From the NCBI GenBank assembly GCA_050179755.1, contig JBFXEV010000001.1:1385994-1449993 (forward strand): 64,000 nt of DNA, written 5' to 3'. Source of the stretch: Candidatus Babeliales bacterium. GTDB lineage: Bacteria > Babelota > Babeliae > Babelales > JBFXEV01. Of this stretch, positions 40,293 through 50,406 are shown in pieces. Under the pieces are notes generated by a model, which saw only the letters and a program-made list of their open reading frames with translations, did no database searches and was not told the origin of the DNA. Every line of letters begins with the position of its first letter. Within the stretch, counting starts at the first letter, position 1. The translations under genes and the position numbers were made by a program.

Positions 40293-42045
40293 GCGGTCCA
40301 TCCTCTTCTTGAGTCACTATTCCATCAAATGCTTGCACTAATTCATGGGCTTTTTGCCATGTTGAGGCGTCAGAAATATCTACTTTTTGTTCATTCTTTT
40401 TCGGTGTTGACGATGTTCTACTCGCACTGGAACCTGCATGAGATTTATATGCTGGTTTTTGCGCTGCTGCTTGCGGCGTTTGACGCACCGGCACTTGAAT
40501 AGTCACCATAGTTTTTGGTGGCTGTGGTGCCGTTTGCATATCAACGGAAAATGCTGGTTGCAATGTTACTTCTTTGCCAAAGGCTTGTTGAAGAAGTGGT
40601 TGCCATAAATGTTGTGCTCCCACAAGCATATCTTGAAACATCTCAAATGATTTTGGAAATGTTACTTGCACCACGTTTGCGTTCGTATCAAATACTTTAT
40701 AATGCCCTTGTGTAAAAATAGAAACTATAAGCGGGTCGTAACCACCCCCTGCAAGGGCTTGCAAAAATAAATCCCACCCAGCATCTTTCTGTGGTGCAAC
40801 GCGAATTGTCTCCGGCACATGCGTTGCAACAACTTGCTCAGGCACTTGTTGAGACTGCATTTCAATGACTGGCTGAACTACTGATGCTGATTGAGTTTGT
40901 GCCGGCATTACAATCTTATTATGCCCAGCTTGATTTGTTTGGTTACCAATATTTGAACAGAGCGTAATGAACATCATTTCAAGCATGCCATGCTGCGCAG
41001 TTGTTTTTGTAAACAATTTTTCTTGCTCATATAACGTACGTAATACTTTAATAAGCATTGCTGAAGAAACTCCTGTTGCACGCACAATGCGCGCGCCTTC
41101 AGCAGCATAACATTGCGCTGGAACATTACATGTGTGCCAAAGTGCTGCACGCAACATTAAAATAAAAGTATGCCAAATAAAGGGTGCAGAATAATGCGCA
41201 AGCGAAAGCTTATCAAGCAAGGTAATAAGCAAAGCAGGCTCACCAAGCAATATGGTACTTATAAGCTCTACTAAGCGCTCATCATCAAGGTGGCCAAGCA
41301 CACGCTGCACGCCTGCTTTATTAACCACGTCGGTGGCAAATCGTACTTGCTCAAGAAGGTTAATGGCATCTCGGCATGAGCCTTCGCTTTCTGCAACAAT
41401 GGCTTGAAGGCCATCAAGCTCATAGGCAATGCTTTCTTGCTTGCAAATTTTTTCTAAATGTTGTTCTAAAATGGTAGTATCAATTGGTGCAAAAAATAAT
41501 CTAAAGCAACGCGAAGTTACCGTTTCAATAATTTTATGAGGATCGGTTGTTGCAAGTAAAAAAATAACCGATGCTGGTGGTTCTTCTAAAATTTTTAGAA
41601 GCGCATTAAAGGCAGCCTTGCTGAGCATATGAGCTTCATCAATTAAATATACCTTATGCGCACCAAGGAGCGGCAAGAATGAAGCTGCCTCTATAATTTG
41701 ACGCACATTGTCTACGCCAGTGTGCGAAGCTGCATCCATTTCTATAACATCGGGATGATTGCCCGCTTGCATTGCGCGGCACGACCCACATGCAAGGCAC
41801 GGCAAAACCTGTTCTTTTGGTTTTGCACGAAATATAGCTAATTTTTGGCAATTGACTGCTGCAGCAAACACACGCGCGGTAGACGTTTTGCCACATCCAC
41901 GCTGACCAGAGAGTAAATAGACAGGAAAAATATGGCCAGAGTAAAGACTGTTTTGAAGCATACTCACCACAAGCGGCTGCCCAACAATTTCTTTGAATGT
42001 CTGCGAGCGCCATTTACGAGCTAAGTTCAATTGACCATGTGCCAT
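40285..42045 (-). CDS. dnaX: DNA polymerase III subunit gamma/tau
   Basis: LARKWR..TF..IVGQ, GQRGCGKTS, EMDAASHTGVD, IDEAHMLS..AFNALLK.LEEPP, SRC. Confidence 0.95.
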   Translation of the reverse strand: MAHGQLNLARKWRSQTFKEIVGQPLVVSMLQNSLYSGHIFPVYLLSGQRGCGKTSTARVFAAAVNCQKLAIFRAKPKEQVLPCLACGSCRAMQAGNHPDVIEMDAASHTGVDNVRQIIEAASFLPLLGAHKVYLIDEAHMLSKAAFNALLKILEEPPASVIFLLATTDPHKIIETVTSRCFRLFFAPIDTTILEQHLEKICKQESIAYELDGLQAIVAESEGSCRDAINLLEQVRFATDVVNKAGVQRVLGHLDDERLVELISTILLGEPALLITLLDKLSLAHYSAPFIWHTFILMLRAALWHTCNVPAQCYAAEGARIVRATGVSSAMLIKVLRTLYEQEKLFTKTTAQHGMLEMMFITLCSNIGNQTNQAGHNKIVMPAQTQSASVVQPVIEMQSQQVPEQVVATHVPETIRVAPQKDAGWDLFLQALAGGGYDPLIVSIFTQGHYKVFDTNANVVQVTFPKSFEMFQDMLVGAQHLWQPLLQQAFGKEVTLQPAFSVDMQTAPQPPKTMVTIQVPVRQTPQAAAQKPAYKSHAGSSASRTSSTPKKNEQKVDISDASTWQKAHELVQAFDGIVTQEEDGPHE

Positions 42046-42062
42046 GAGGTACCTAACAAAAC

Positions 42063-42146
42063 GGGAAGCTTATACAAAACAGTGACTACTCCTGCTGCTT
42101 CCTTTCGGACCTGACAGATTAAGCAATATGTTTTTATGAGCTTCCC
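42063..42146 (-). ncRNA. ffs: SRP RNA (4.5S, small form)
   Basis: Minus strand TCAGGTCCGAAAGGAAGCAGCA core within a GGGAAGCT…AGCTTCCC stem, directly upstream of dnaX. Confidence 0.92.
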
Positions 42147-42186
42147 TTATTTTTAATTCTAGAAAGTATATATAGTATACTGCAAT

Positions 42187-42723
42187 TCAGGAAAAAGAGA
42201 ATGATTTTTTTAACAGTGAGCGAGCTCTTTTATAGGGAGCAATTGTATTTACAGTAATCCATTTAGAGAGTGGCCACGCTTTACCAGATTTTAAAGTACA
42301 CCAGGACCAAACACCAACATTATTTAAATTACCCGATGCATATTCTTTTTCTGTGATATCAATAATTTTGGTTATTACTTTTTCAAACTCTTTTATAAAT
42401 CGAGACTTATCCCAATCTGCATATTTATGATAAAAATACTGAGCAATAGCAGTATAATCCCATGTACTAAAACCTTCACCCGGCATTTCCACTGTTACCT
42501 GATTAATACCTGCTACATACCAACCAATTAATAACTTACCCCATCCTATTTGATAAGCCAGAATATCCGCTGCGCTTACAAGGCCACCAGTACCCTGCAT
42601 TTTTTTCTTAAAAAAATCTTTTTCTGGCATCACAATAATTGCACGTACCAACTTTTCATATTCTTTGAGTATCGATTGACTCAAAGGCGAATGTACATTT
42701 ATGAAAGTAAATTTAGTGTGCAT
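42187..42723 (-). CDS. ClbS/DfsB (DUF1706) DinB-like four-helix bundle protein
   Basis: ILAYQIGWGKLLIGWY…P.EGF..WDY…WPLSKWITVNTIAPY. Confidence 0.8.
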   Translation of the reverse strand: MHTKFTFINVHSPLSQSILKEYEKLVRAIIVMPEKDFFKKKMQGTGGLVSAADILAYQIGWGKLLIGWYVAGINQVTVEMPGEGFSTWDYTAIAQYFYHKYADWDKSRFIKEFEKVITKIIDITEKEYASGNLNNVGVWSWCTLKSGKAWPLSKWITVNTIAPYKRARSLLKKSFSFS

Positions 42724-42737
42724 AAATAGAGCTTATG

Positions 42738-43232
42738 TTACCCAACTTTTGAAAGCAAATATTCTTTTGTTTTTGCAGCCATACCAGGATAGTTACTAAT
42801 TATGAATGAAACATCTTTATCTCGTTTTACCTGCAATGCCAAAGTAGTAGAAATATACCCTTCTTTCATATAGAATTGAGTAATTTCATCAAATGAATAA
42901 AAGTAATAGGATCTAGCTGTACCAACATAAGGAATACCAAGTGCTTGCGATGCTCGGTGAATACCTTTATTGGTTACTGCAATACAATAACTTTTAGGAA
43001 AATCTTTACCAAATAAAGCACTTACCAGCCCGCACACAGCAGCGCCAAATACTACCATCCAAAAAGACTGTGAACCCCATAAACCTAAAACAACTACAAA
43101 CCCACAAAGGAAACCAACTTTTATTTGATCAAGAATAGATGGCTTCTTCATTGCATGAAAATAACCAATCATTTCCTCACCGGGTTTTAACCGCGGCAAG
43201 ATTAGTTCGTTTTTTATTGTCTTGATGTTCAT
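42738..43232 (-). CDS. Hypothetical membrane protein
   Basis: LKPGEE.IG, two TM segments, IAVTNKGIH (PH-like); start uncertain (ORF open to 43340). Confidence 0.65.
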   Translation of the reverse strand: MNIKTIKNELILPRLKPGEEMIGYFHAMKKPSILDQIKVGFLCGFVVVLGLWGSQSFWMVVFGAAVCGLVSALFGKDFPKSYCIAVTNKGIHRASQALGIPYVGTARSYYFYSFDEITQFYMKEGYISTTLALQVKRDKDVSFIISNYPGMAAKTKEYLLSKVG

Positions 43233-43418
43233 AATTTTTTCTTTGTCTTTGTTATTGTTTATTTGTGTAAATGGCTGCCCTTCGTTGAACTGTAGCTCGT
43301 CTTTATTAACGCAAATTCGGGCAGTCTTTGCTCTTTCCATAGAAAGTTACCTTCATTATAAAGTAAACTTCCTTGAAGAAGACTGGTTTACCAGAATTTG
43401 CGACGCATGAGCAAAGAC

Positions 43419-43510
43419 TGGTGGAGAGAGAGGGATTCGAACCCTCGATACCTTTTTCAAAGTATACACGATTTCCAATCGTGCTCCTTCAACCACTCGG
43501 ACATCTCTCC
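43419..43510 (-). tRNA. tRNA-Ser(GGA)
   Basis: GGAGAGATGTCCGAGTGGTTGAAGGAGCACGATTGGAAATCGTG, long variable arm, GGTTCGAATCC, encoded CCA. Confidence 0.97.
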
Positions 43511-43568
43511 CATAAAAAATGGGTTGAGAAAATCTCAACCCACCCCTAATTTCAAATCAAAATTTAAT

Positions 43569-44591
43569 TTAAGCTTTCGCTTTAGCAGATTTTGTTGCTG
43601 GTTTTTTAGCTTTTGCAGCAGGCGTTGCCTTTTTAGGCGCAACTTTTTTAGGCGCTGCAGTTTTAGCTGTTTCTTTTTTTACTGGTTCAGCAGCTTGCGC
43701 AACTTCTACCACTTCTTTAACAACTTCTTTTTTTGCTGCTTTTGCTTCTGCTGGTTTTACTTTAACTTCAACCTTTGATTTTTCGGTTGTTTCTTTTGCA
43801 GAGGCAGACTCTTCTTTAGCTTCAGGAGCTTGCGCTTGAGATTTAGCAAGTTTTGCTGCTTCCTGTTTTTTAAGAGCTTCTGCTTCACGAGCTTTTGCAC
43901 GTTCTTGGGATGCTTTTTGAACACCACGACCAGCTGCATCAGCTAAATAATCTGTTACAATATTAATAGAGCTTACTGCATCGTCGTTACAAGGCACAAC
44001 AAATTGAATGCCTGATGGATCACCATTAGTATCAATAAGTGCAACTACTGGTACGCCTTCATTTAAAGCTTCTTTAATAGCAGCTTTTTCTTTCATAACG
44101 TCCACAACCACTAATGCGCCAACAGGAAGGCGTAACGCGCGAATACCGCCAATATTATTTTGCAATTTTGAAGCAATTTTAGAGAATCTATTTAATTCTT
44201 TTTTAGTATATCGCTCACGATCTGCTTTTTCTAAAATATCTTCATAATGAAGCATTTTGGTAACAGATTTTTTAACTTGAGGGAAATTTGTTAAAGAACC
44301 ACCAATCCAACGATGTACCACATAGGGTGATTCAAGTTTTTGTGCAACTTCAGCAATTTTTGCTTGAGCAGGTTTTTTAGTACCTACCCAAAGAATTGTT
44401 TTGCCTTCACCTGCTACTTTTTCTAGAAACTGTGCCGCTTGCTCAAGGAGTACGGCTGTTTTAGAAACATTAATAAGATGAATATTGTTCTTGGTACCCC
44501 AAATAAATGGGGCCATACGCGGATTCCATTTAGTGGTACGGTGACCAAAATGCACCCGAGCTTTAACTAAATCTTTAATGTCAATTGACAT
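43569..44591 (-). CDS. rpsB: 30S ribosomal protein S2 with long Ala/Lys/Glu-rich C-terminal tail
   Basis: VHFGH.T.KWNPRMAPFI, VGTK, RWIGG.LTNF, DTN.DP, PCNDDA. Confidence 0.96.
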   Translation of the reverse strand: MSIDIKDLVKARVHFGHRTTKWNPRMAPFIWGTKNNIHLINVSKTAVLLEQAAQFLEKVAGEGKTILWVGTKKPAQAKIAEVAQKLESPYVVHRWIGGSLTNFPQVKKSVTKMLHYEDILEKADRERYTKKELNRFSKIASKLQNNIGGIRALRLPVGALVVVDVMKEKAAIKEALNEGVPVVALIDTNGDPSGIQFVVPCNDDAVSSINIVTDYLADAAGRGVQKASQERAKAREAEALKKQEAAKLAKSQAQAPEAKEESASAKETTEKSKVEVKVKPAEAKAAKKEVVKEVVEVAQAAEPVKKETAKTAAPKKVAPKKATPAAKAKKPATKSAKAKA

Positions 44592-44603
44592 AATATACCT
44601 TTC

Positions 44604-44670
44604 TGGGTTATTTCCATTGTATGCCGGTACAAGATACTTAGTACCTTTTAACCACCCACATAAGGCATAC
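44604..44670 (-). promoter_or_regulatory. Candidate S2 autoregulatory leader (pseudoknot)
   Basis: Minus strand GTATGCC/GGCATAC stem enclosing TGGGT and a GGTAC/GTACC hairpin; TGGGT can pair with ACCCA just before the RBS. Confidence 0.55.
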
Positions 44671-44729
44671 AAGCGTTTATATAATACTTTTTTAGTATAG
44701 CAAATACTGCTTAATTAACAATCCAATTT

Positions 44730-46151
44730 TTAACTAACATGCCCATGCTCTTGGACTTCTCCACCAATCGCCTCTTTATTTTTTATAGCCTGATCAAAGC
44801 GTTTGCCCATCAAATACGCAGTAAGGGTCCACAAAGCAGTAATAACTGCAAAAACTGCCACAAAGAACGGAAAGACAAACACTGGATACACTCGCTCTAT
44901 AATACCTGCAAGCACATTAAACCCAGAACCAGTACCCTTAGAAAGCTTTGAGCCGAAGGCATCAATCCACGATTTGGATTTAAACTTCATTTCTTTTACC
45001 GTTGGGATATAAAGGCTTTCTCGTACCGGCAATGCAAATGCATAGTTAATTGAACGTAAGAATACAAAAGCAAGCATTATTGACCAGGATGAATAGCTCA
45101 TTAAGAAAACTGTTAAAACAACACCGGTCAAAATAGGAATAAGTAATAAGCAAATTCTCTCACCAAATCTACTCATCATATAGCTCGTGCCAAGCAATGA
45201 AATAAATAATCCTGCCAGATGCATCCATAAATCAAGCTGCAAGAGGAATGAACTTACTTCGGTAAGTCCTTTGGCGCTATCCTGTGCTATACATAAACTT
45301 TGATAGCTTAAAATAGTAGTCACCACTTCATAGAAAAACACCATACCAAAAATGCCAAATAAATACGGCCATTTTAAAAACATGGTCAATCCATCAAATA
45401 TCCCGGGTTTTTCTTCGTGATGTTCTTTACGCTCTTTCTCAAATTGATAGACCGCCTCATAACCATGGAGATATTGCTTGGGCACTTTTCTATTAAGTAT
45501 GTATATAAGTACCGGAATACAAAGTACAGACCCGGCAGATGCTATAAGCAATATCTGATGATTTACTACATCCGAATATAATTGCGAGCCAGTGCTAGTA
45601 GTCAATTGCAAGAAGAGCCACGAAAGCCCTGCAGCCACTATGCCGCCCAACTTGGAACTTGCAATCATGATGCCGTAATGTTTCTTTGCCGATGTTGGAC
45701 TATTAACTGAGTTAACATATGCCCAAAAAACACTTAATACAAAAGGAGAATATCCTTCAAGTAAAAAATAAAATATCCAGCCAAATATACGATAGGGGCT
45801 CGTATCAGTATTTGCAAGCCCATTTTCTGGATTACCAATATAAAAGGCACTCAAAAGCAATGCTAAGCCAAAAAAGGCACTATATATCATTAATAATTGA
45901 TAGCGACGAACGTTATCTACAAGATAAGCATAAAAAAGAAGTGCAGGAACTAAGATAAAAATTGCGGCTATTTTGGCAATGGGAATATACTCTTTACCAA
46001 CTACGCCTATAAAAATGGAATTTTTCATATTTCTAACCAGCGTGTACGTCACGATAACTAGAAAATAAACTACAGATAAGATGAGTACTTTAATTGCTTC
46101 ATAACGCCCTGCTTCTCCTGATTTAAACAACGCCCGCAACCCAAACGCCAT
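44730..46151 (-). CDS. NTT/TLC-family nucleotide (ATP/ADP) translocase
   Basis: About 12 TM; YTLVRNMKNSIF, LSVFW..VN, YAFALPVRESLYIPT.KEMKFKSKSWID.FGSK..KG.GS. Confidence 0.88.
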   Translation of the reverse strand: MAFGLRALFKSGEAGRYEAIKVLILSVVYFLVIVTYTLVRNMKNSIFIGVVGKEYIPIAKIAAIFILVPALLFYAYLVDNVRRYQLLMIYSAFFGLALLLSAFYIGNPENGLANTDTSPYRIFGWIFYFLLEGYSPFVLSVFWAYVNSVNSPTSAKKHYGIMIASSKLGGIVAAGLSWLFLQLTTSTGSQLYSDVVNHQILLIASAGSVLCIPVLIYILNRKVPKQYLHGYEAVYQFEKERKEHHEEKPGIFDGLTMFLKWPYLFGIFGMVFFYEVVTTILSYQSLCIAQDSAKGLTEVSSFLLQLDLWMHLAGLFISLLGTSYMMSRFGERICLLLIPILTGVVLTVFLMSYSSWSIMLAFVFLRSINYAFALPVRESLYIPTVKEMKFKSKSWIDAFGSKLSKGTGSGFNVLAGIIERVYPVFVFPFFVAVFAVITALWTLTAYLMGKRFDQAIKNKEAIGGEVQEHGHVS

Positions 46152-46252
46152 GTTATCCCCTGCATTGAACACCTATGGTCATTTTTACAAAGCCATAGGT
46201 AATTTACTACTAACAACTATTTTTGGCCTAGTCTCTGACTTATCAAGAGTCA

Positions 46253-46312
46253 CCCGCCGCGCGCAGCGCTAAGGCGTAGTGTCACGCCATTACACCTTTG
46301 GGTGAAGGCGAA
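46253..46312. repeat. REPIN-like GC-rich inverted pair
   Basis: CCCGCCGCGCGCAGCGCTAAGGCGTAG-tg-TCACGCC…GAAGGCGAA; similar to the reverse complement of 5428-5457. Confidence 0.65.
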
Positions 46313-46596
46313 CACTTGAGAACGATTATAACAGACAATTGGAAATTTGTATAAATTTTTTACGTAAAAAAAAGCATCCTATGCTCCTTGGCCTCTGCCG
46401 CGACCAATTCTGCCTGAATTTTTATGGGCAAAGGAGCAGCTTATCTGAAGCAGGCCAGCTAATGTACCGCCAAATATTCAATTTTACTAATCCAAAGCCT
46501 TTTGCTACACTAAGTCTAGGTTATTCGCATAAATTTGCTCCTCGTTTTTACCCGATTTTAGACTAAAAAAGTACCAAAGCAGGAATATAAAAGAAC

Positions 46597-49089
46597 ATGA
46601 CGATTGAAGAACAAGCTATTACACCAGAGATAGAAACGCTGGACCAAGGGCCAGATGAGGGTTTTTTGCCCTTATTACCCCTTAAAAACGTCATTATCTT
46701 ACCCAAAAGCGTTTTGCCTATCGTAGTAGGCCGTCCACAATCTATTAAAGCAGTTCAGTATGCCTTAAAGCATAACAAAACTCTCTTTATTTCCACGCAG
46801 AAAAACGTTGATGTTGAGCACCCTACCGGCGAAGATGTTTTCGAATATGGAACACGCGCGATAATTCTAGACGTGGTAGCCAATGACGGCCATCATACCG
46901 ATACCTCGCATACGCCCAAAAATGGTTATAAAATTCTTGTAGAGGGTCTTGAAAGAGGCATTATTGAGCGCCATGAACCACGCGAAGGTTTTCTTGGCGT
47001 TTATTACCGCGCTTTGCCTACAATGCCAACCGAAAAAACTATAGAAATTGAAGCATTATGGCGACATCTTAAAACGCTCTATGCTCAATATGTTAATTTA
47101 AGCTTGGCACGTAAAGAAAAAGTTCCTGCCGACTTAATGACTAATGCAAACTCTCTTGAAGAAATTGATACTATTGCCGATACCTTGGCAATTCACATAA
47201 ATTTGAATTTTGATCAACGCCTTGAATTCTTAAAAACTCCTGACGTAAAAGAGCGATTGGTTATGCTCACCCGTATTTTAAGCAAAGAAGTGGAGATCAT
47301 GGAAACTGATCGCCGTATTCAAAGCCGCGTGCAAAGCCAGGTTGAGAAAAGCCAAAAGGAATATTACCTTACCGAGCAAATAAAAGCTATTCAGAAAGAG
47401 TTAGGCCGAGAAGATCAGCAAGGTGAAATTACCTTACTTCGTAAAAAAGCAAAAAAATTAGGCTTGCCTGCCGATGCCATGGAAAAAGTGGAAAAAGAAC
47501 TTAAACGGCTTGAGCAAATGCCGCCTCTTTCGTCTGAAGCCAGTGTTTCTCGTAATTATGTAGATTGGATACTGGCGCTTCCTTGGAGTAAAGCAAGCAA
47601 AGATACCATCAGCATGAAGCAAGCTGAAAAAATATTAGAAGAAAGCCATGCTGGCCTTGAAAAACCCAAAGAACGTATTATTGAATTCTTGGCAGCAAAA
47701 AAATTCTCCAAAACGTTTAAGCGATCTCCCATCATCTGCTTGGTTGGCCCTCCCGGCGTTGGTAAAACGTCACTGGGTAAGTCAATCGCCGAAAGTATGG
47801 GGCGTGAATTCGTGCGTATTTCACTTGGTGGCGTGCGCGACGAAGCAGAAATTCGTGGTCATCGCAGAACGTATATTGGTGCATTGCCAGGTAAAATAAT
47901 ACAGGCTATGCGCAAAGCAAAAACAACTAACCCCGTTATTTTGCTTGATGAAATTGATAAAATGTCGCGTGATATTCATGGTGATCCGGCAGCGGCTTTA
48001 CTTGAAGTGCTAGACCCGGAACAAAATCACACGTTCACTGATCACTTTTTAGAAACAGAATATGATTTATCAAACGTTATGTTTGTGGCAACTGCCAATA
48101 GCATAGATGGTATTCCCTATGCGCTCTTTGATCGGATGGAACTTATCACGCTGTCTGGATACACTGATTATGAGAAGGTACAAATTACCCGTAAGTTCTT
48201 AGTTCCTAAAAATCTTAAAGAACATAGTCTTACTGCTCGCCAATTTAAAATTCCTGATGACATTATACGGAAATTAATCAGTGAATACACCAGAGAATCA
48301 GGAGTTCGTCAGCTAGATCGCGTGGTTGCAAAACTAATGCGTAAAGCAATTCAACTGCTGCTTAAAGAACCTGATTTGAAATCCGTTACTATCTCTGAAG
48401 AATTGGTACAAAAATGGCTTGGCTATCCTAAATTCAAAAAAACATCACTTGGTCAAAGTCAAGATCGCATTGGTATTGCCATTGGCCTTGCATGGACAGA
48501 GGTTGGCGGCGACGTACTTGAAATTGAAACATCAATAATTCCTGGCAAAGGCGGCTTAATGCTCACCGGGCAACTTGGTGAAGTAATGCAAGAATCCGCA
48601 CAAGCTGCGTTAAGTTATATTCGTTCTCGCGCAAGCCAATTAGGACTCAAAACATCGTTTAATACTACAAACGATATTCATGTGCATATTCCTGAAGGAT
48701 CCACACCAAAAGATGGTCCATCGGCGGGTATTACCATGTGTACTGCATTAATTTCTGCTTTGACCAAAAATCCAACGCGGCCTGAAGTTGCTATGACCGG
48801 TGAAATAACATTACGCGGTAGAGTGCTTGCAATTGGCGGCCTTAAGGAAAAATTGCTTGCAGCAAAACAACATGGTTTTAAAACAATCATTGTGCCGCTT
48901 GAAAATCGCGACGACATAGAAGAGCTTACTGAAGAAGTAAAAAAAGACTTAGATATTAAGTTTGTAGCCCATATGGATGAAGTGCTCAAATATGCACTTG
49001 AGCAAGACCCTTTTGCCAAAGGTGCTCAAAAGAAAGCACAGAAAAAAACAAAAACTGGCTCCAAAAAGAAGACTTCAAAAGCTACGTAA
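46597..49089 (+). CDS. lon: Lon protease
   Basis: LPLLPLKN, GPPGVGKTS, IRGHRRTYIGA, PKDGPSAG, GGLKEK. Confidence 0.97.
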   Translation: MTIEEQAITPEIETLDQGPDEGFLPLLPLKNVIILPKSVLPIVVGRPQSIKAVQYALKHNKTLFISTQKNVDVEHPTGEDVFEYGTRAIILDVVANDGHHTDTSHTPKNGYKILVEGLERGIIERHEPREGFLGVYYRALPTMPTEKTIEIEALWRHLKTLYAQYVNLSLARKEKVPADLMTNANSLEEIDTIADTLAIHINLNFDQRLEFLKTPDVKERLVMLTRILSKEVEIMETDRRIQSRVQSQVEKSQKEYYLTEQIKAIQKELGREDQQGEITLLRKKAKKLGLPADAMEKVEKELKRLEQMPPLSSEASVSRNYVDWILALPWSKASKDTISMKQAEKILEESHAGLEKPKERIIEFLAAKKFSKTFKRSPIICLVGPPGVGKTSLGKSIAESMGREFVRISLGGVRDEAEIRGHRRTYIGALPGKIIQAMRKAKTTNPVILLDEIDKMSRDIHGDPAAALLEVLDPEQNHTFTDHFLETEYDLSNVMFVATANSIDGIPYALFDRMELITLSGYTDYEKVQITRKFLVPKNLKEHSLTARQFKIPDDIIRKLISEYTRESGVRQLDRVVAKLMRKAIQLLLKEPDLKSVTISEELVQKWLGYPKFKKTSLGQSQDRIGIAIGLAWTEVGGDVLEIETSIIPGKGGLMLTGQLGEVMQESAQAALSYIRSRASQLGLKTSFNTTNDIHVHIPEGSTPKDGPSAGITMCTALISALTKNPTRPEVAMTGEITLRGRVLAIGGLKEKLLAAKQHGFKTIIVPLENRDDIEELTEEVKKDLDIKFVAHMDEVLKYALEQDPFAKGAQKKAQKKTKTGSKKKTSKAT

Positions 49090-49091
49090 GA

Positions 49092-49652
49092 TTAGCGATA
49101 ATGTGTTGGCTGGCGTTTTTGTGGTCCCCATTCATAGGAACCTGCAACAGCGCCTTTGCTACGCAAATAATCAGCAACTCGCTTTGATTGATCAAAGTCT
49201 TTACCCCATTTGAGTACAGGCCAACCTTTGCTCATAGCATTAACGTCTGCATCAAGTTCTTCTACAAAATATTTAATAACACGCATATCGCCGCTTAATG
49301 CCGCATACATAAGTGGTGTTTCAAGAAGAGGGTTAACATAGTGCGGACTTGCGCCGCGGTCAACCAAATAACGCGTTAATTTATAGGATCCCGTACGTGC
49401 CGCATACATAAGCAAGGAAAGGCCAGTTCCCCTATCAACATAATCAGGGTCTAGTCCCTCATTTTCAATAGCAATTTTGGTTATATTAAAAACTTCATCC
49501 TCAGTTCTCATTTTTGATTGACTTGCAAGACCATCAATTGCCTTAATTACCCGCCGAGCAACATCATCTTGACGCGCTGGCCATGCATAACGCACAATCG
49601 ATAAGGCAATAACAAACGCAATAAACCCTATAACAATACGATAAACATTCAT
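49092..49652 (-). CDS. Membrane-anchored ankyrin repeat protein
   Basis: N-terminal TM; LLMYAARTG…, TPLMYAALSG…DADVNA. Confidence 0.8.
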   Translation of the reverse strand: MNVYRIVIGFIAFVIALSIVRYAWPARQDDVARRVIKAIDGLASQSKMRTEDEVFNITKIAIENEGLDPDYVDRGTGLSLLMYAARTGSYKLTRYLVDRGASPHYVNPLLETPLMYAALSGDMRVIKYFVEELDADVNAMSKGWPVLKWGKDFDQSKRVADYLRSKGAVAGSYEWGPQKRQPTHYR

Positions 49653-49720
49653 ATGCTTCCTTACTGATATCCCCACTCTCTATTTGTATTATAGCGCAAG
49701 TAAAGGGTTTTTTTCAAGAA

Positions 49721-50392
49721 TTAGCGGGAAATACGAGCAATAATAGCCTCTATGACTTGATCTTGGCTAAGATTAGAGCTATCAAGCACATAAGCGCCTT
49801 CAGGAACAATTAATGGCGCAATGGCACGTTCACTATCACGCGCATCCCGTTCAGCAAGCACTTTGATAGCTTGCTCAAGGCTATAGTCTTTGCCTTTTTG
49901 AGCTTGCATTTGTTGCCACCGCTTGGCCCGTATTTCTGGAGACGCAGTTAAAAAAAATTTAACTTCAGCACAAGGAAAGACTATGGTGCCTGTATCACGC
50001 CCTTCGGCCACGACGCTATAATTTTTAGTGATATGGCGTTGATAATCAAGAGTCGCATCTCGAACCATAGAATTTGCTGAAACAATTGAGGAAGCTTGAT
50101 CATTCTCTTTTGTCTTTAAAAAAGAAGTAATATCAACACCATCATAACTAACATATGCAATACCATTATAATAACTATACACAAAGCGTGAGGGATCAAG
50201 AATTTCGTGAACATGCTCTTTTATTGGATTGATCAACTGATCAATCGTATAGTTATACTTGGTCAGCAGTAAATAACTAATACCGCGATACAAATAACCG
50301 CTATTTAAATAATAATAACCCAATTGTTGCGCAAGTCTTGCAGCAATTGTTGATTTGCCGCTTGCTGTTGGGCCGTCAATGGTAATAACCAC
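49721..50392 (-). CDS. cmk: Cytidylate kinase
   Basis: ITIDGPTASGKST, SGYLYR, EGRDTGT.VFP, RDARDSER.IAPL. Confidence 0.95.
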   Translation of the reverse strand: MVITIDGPTASGKSTIAARLAQQLGYYYLNSGYLYRGISYLLLTKYNYTIDQLINPIKEHVHEILDPSRFVYSYYNGIAYVSYDGVDITSFLKTKENDQASSIVSANSMVRDATLDYQRHITKNYSVVAEGRDTGTIVFPCAEVKFFLTASPEIRAKRWQQMQAQKGKDYSLEQAIKVLAERDARDSERAIAPLIVPEGAYVLDSSNLSQDQVIEAIIARISR

Positions 50393-50406
50393 TTTATGCA
50401 GTCCCC

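Noticed and set aside
43356..43538. 60-aa ORF
   Set aside because: It overlaps tRNA-Ser and is spurious
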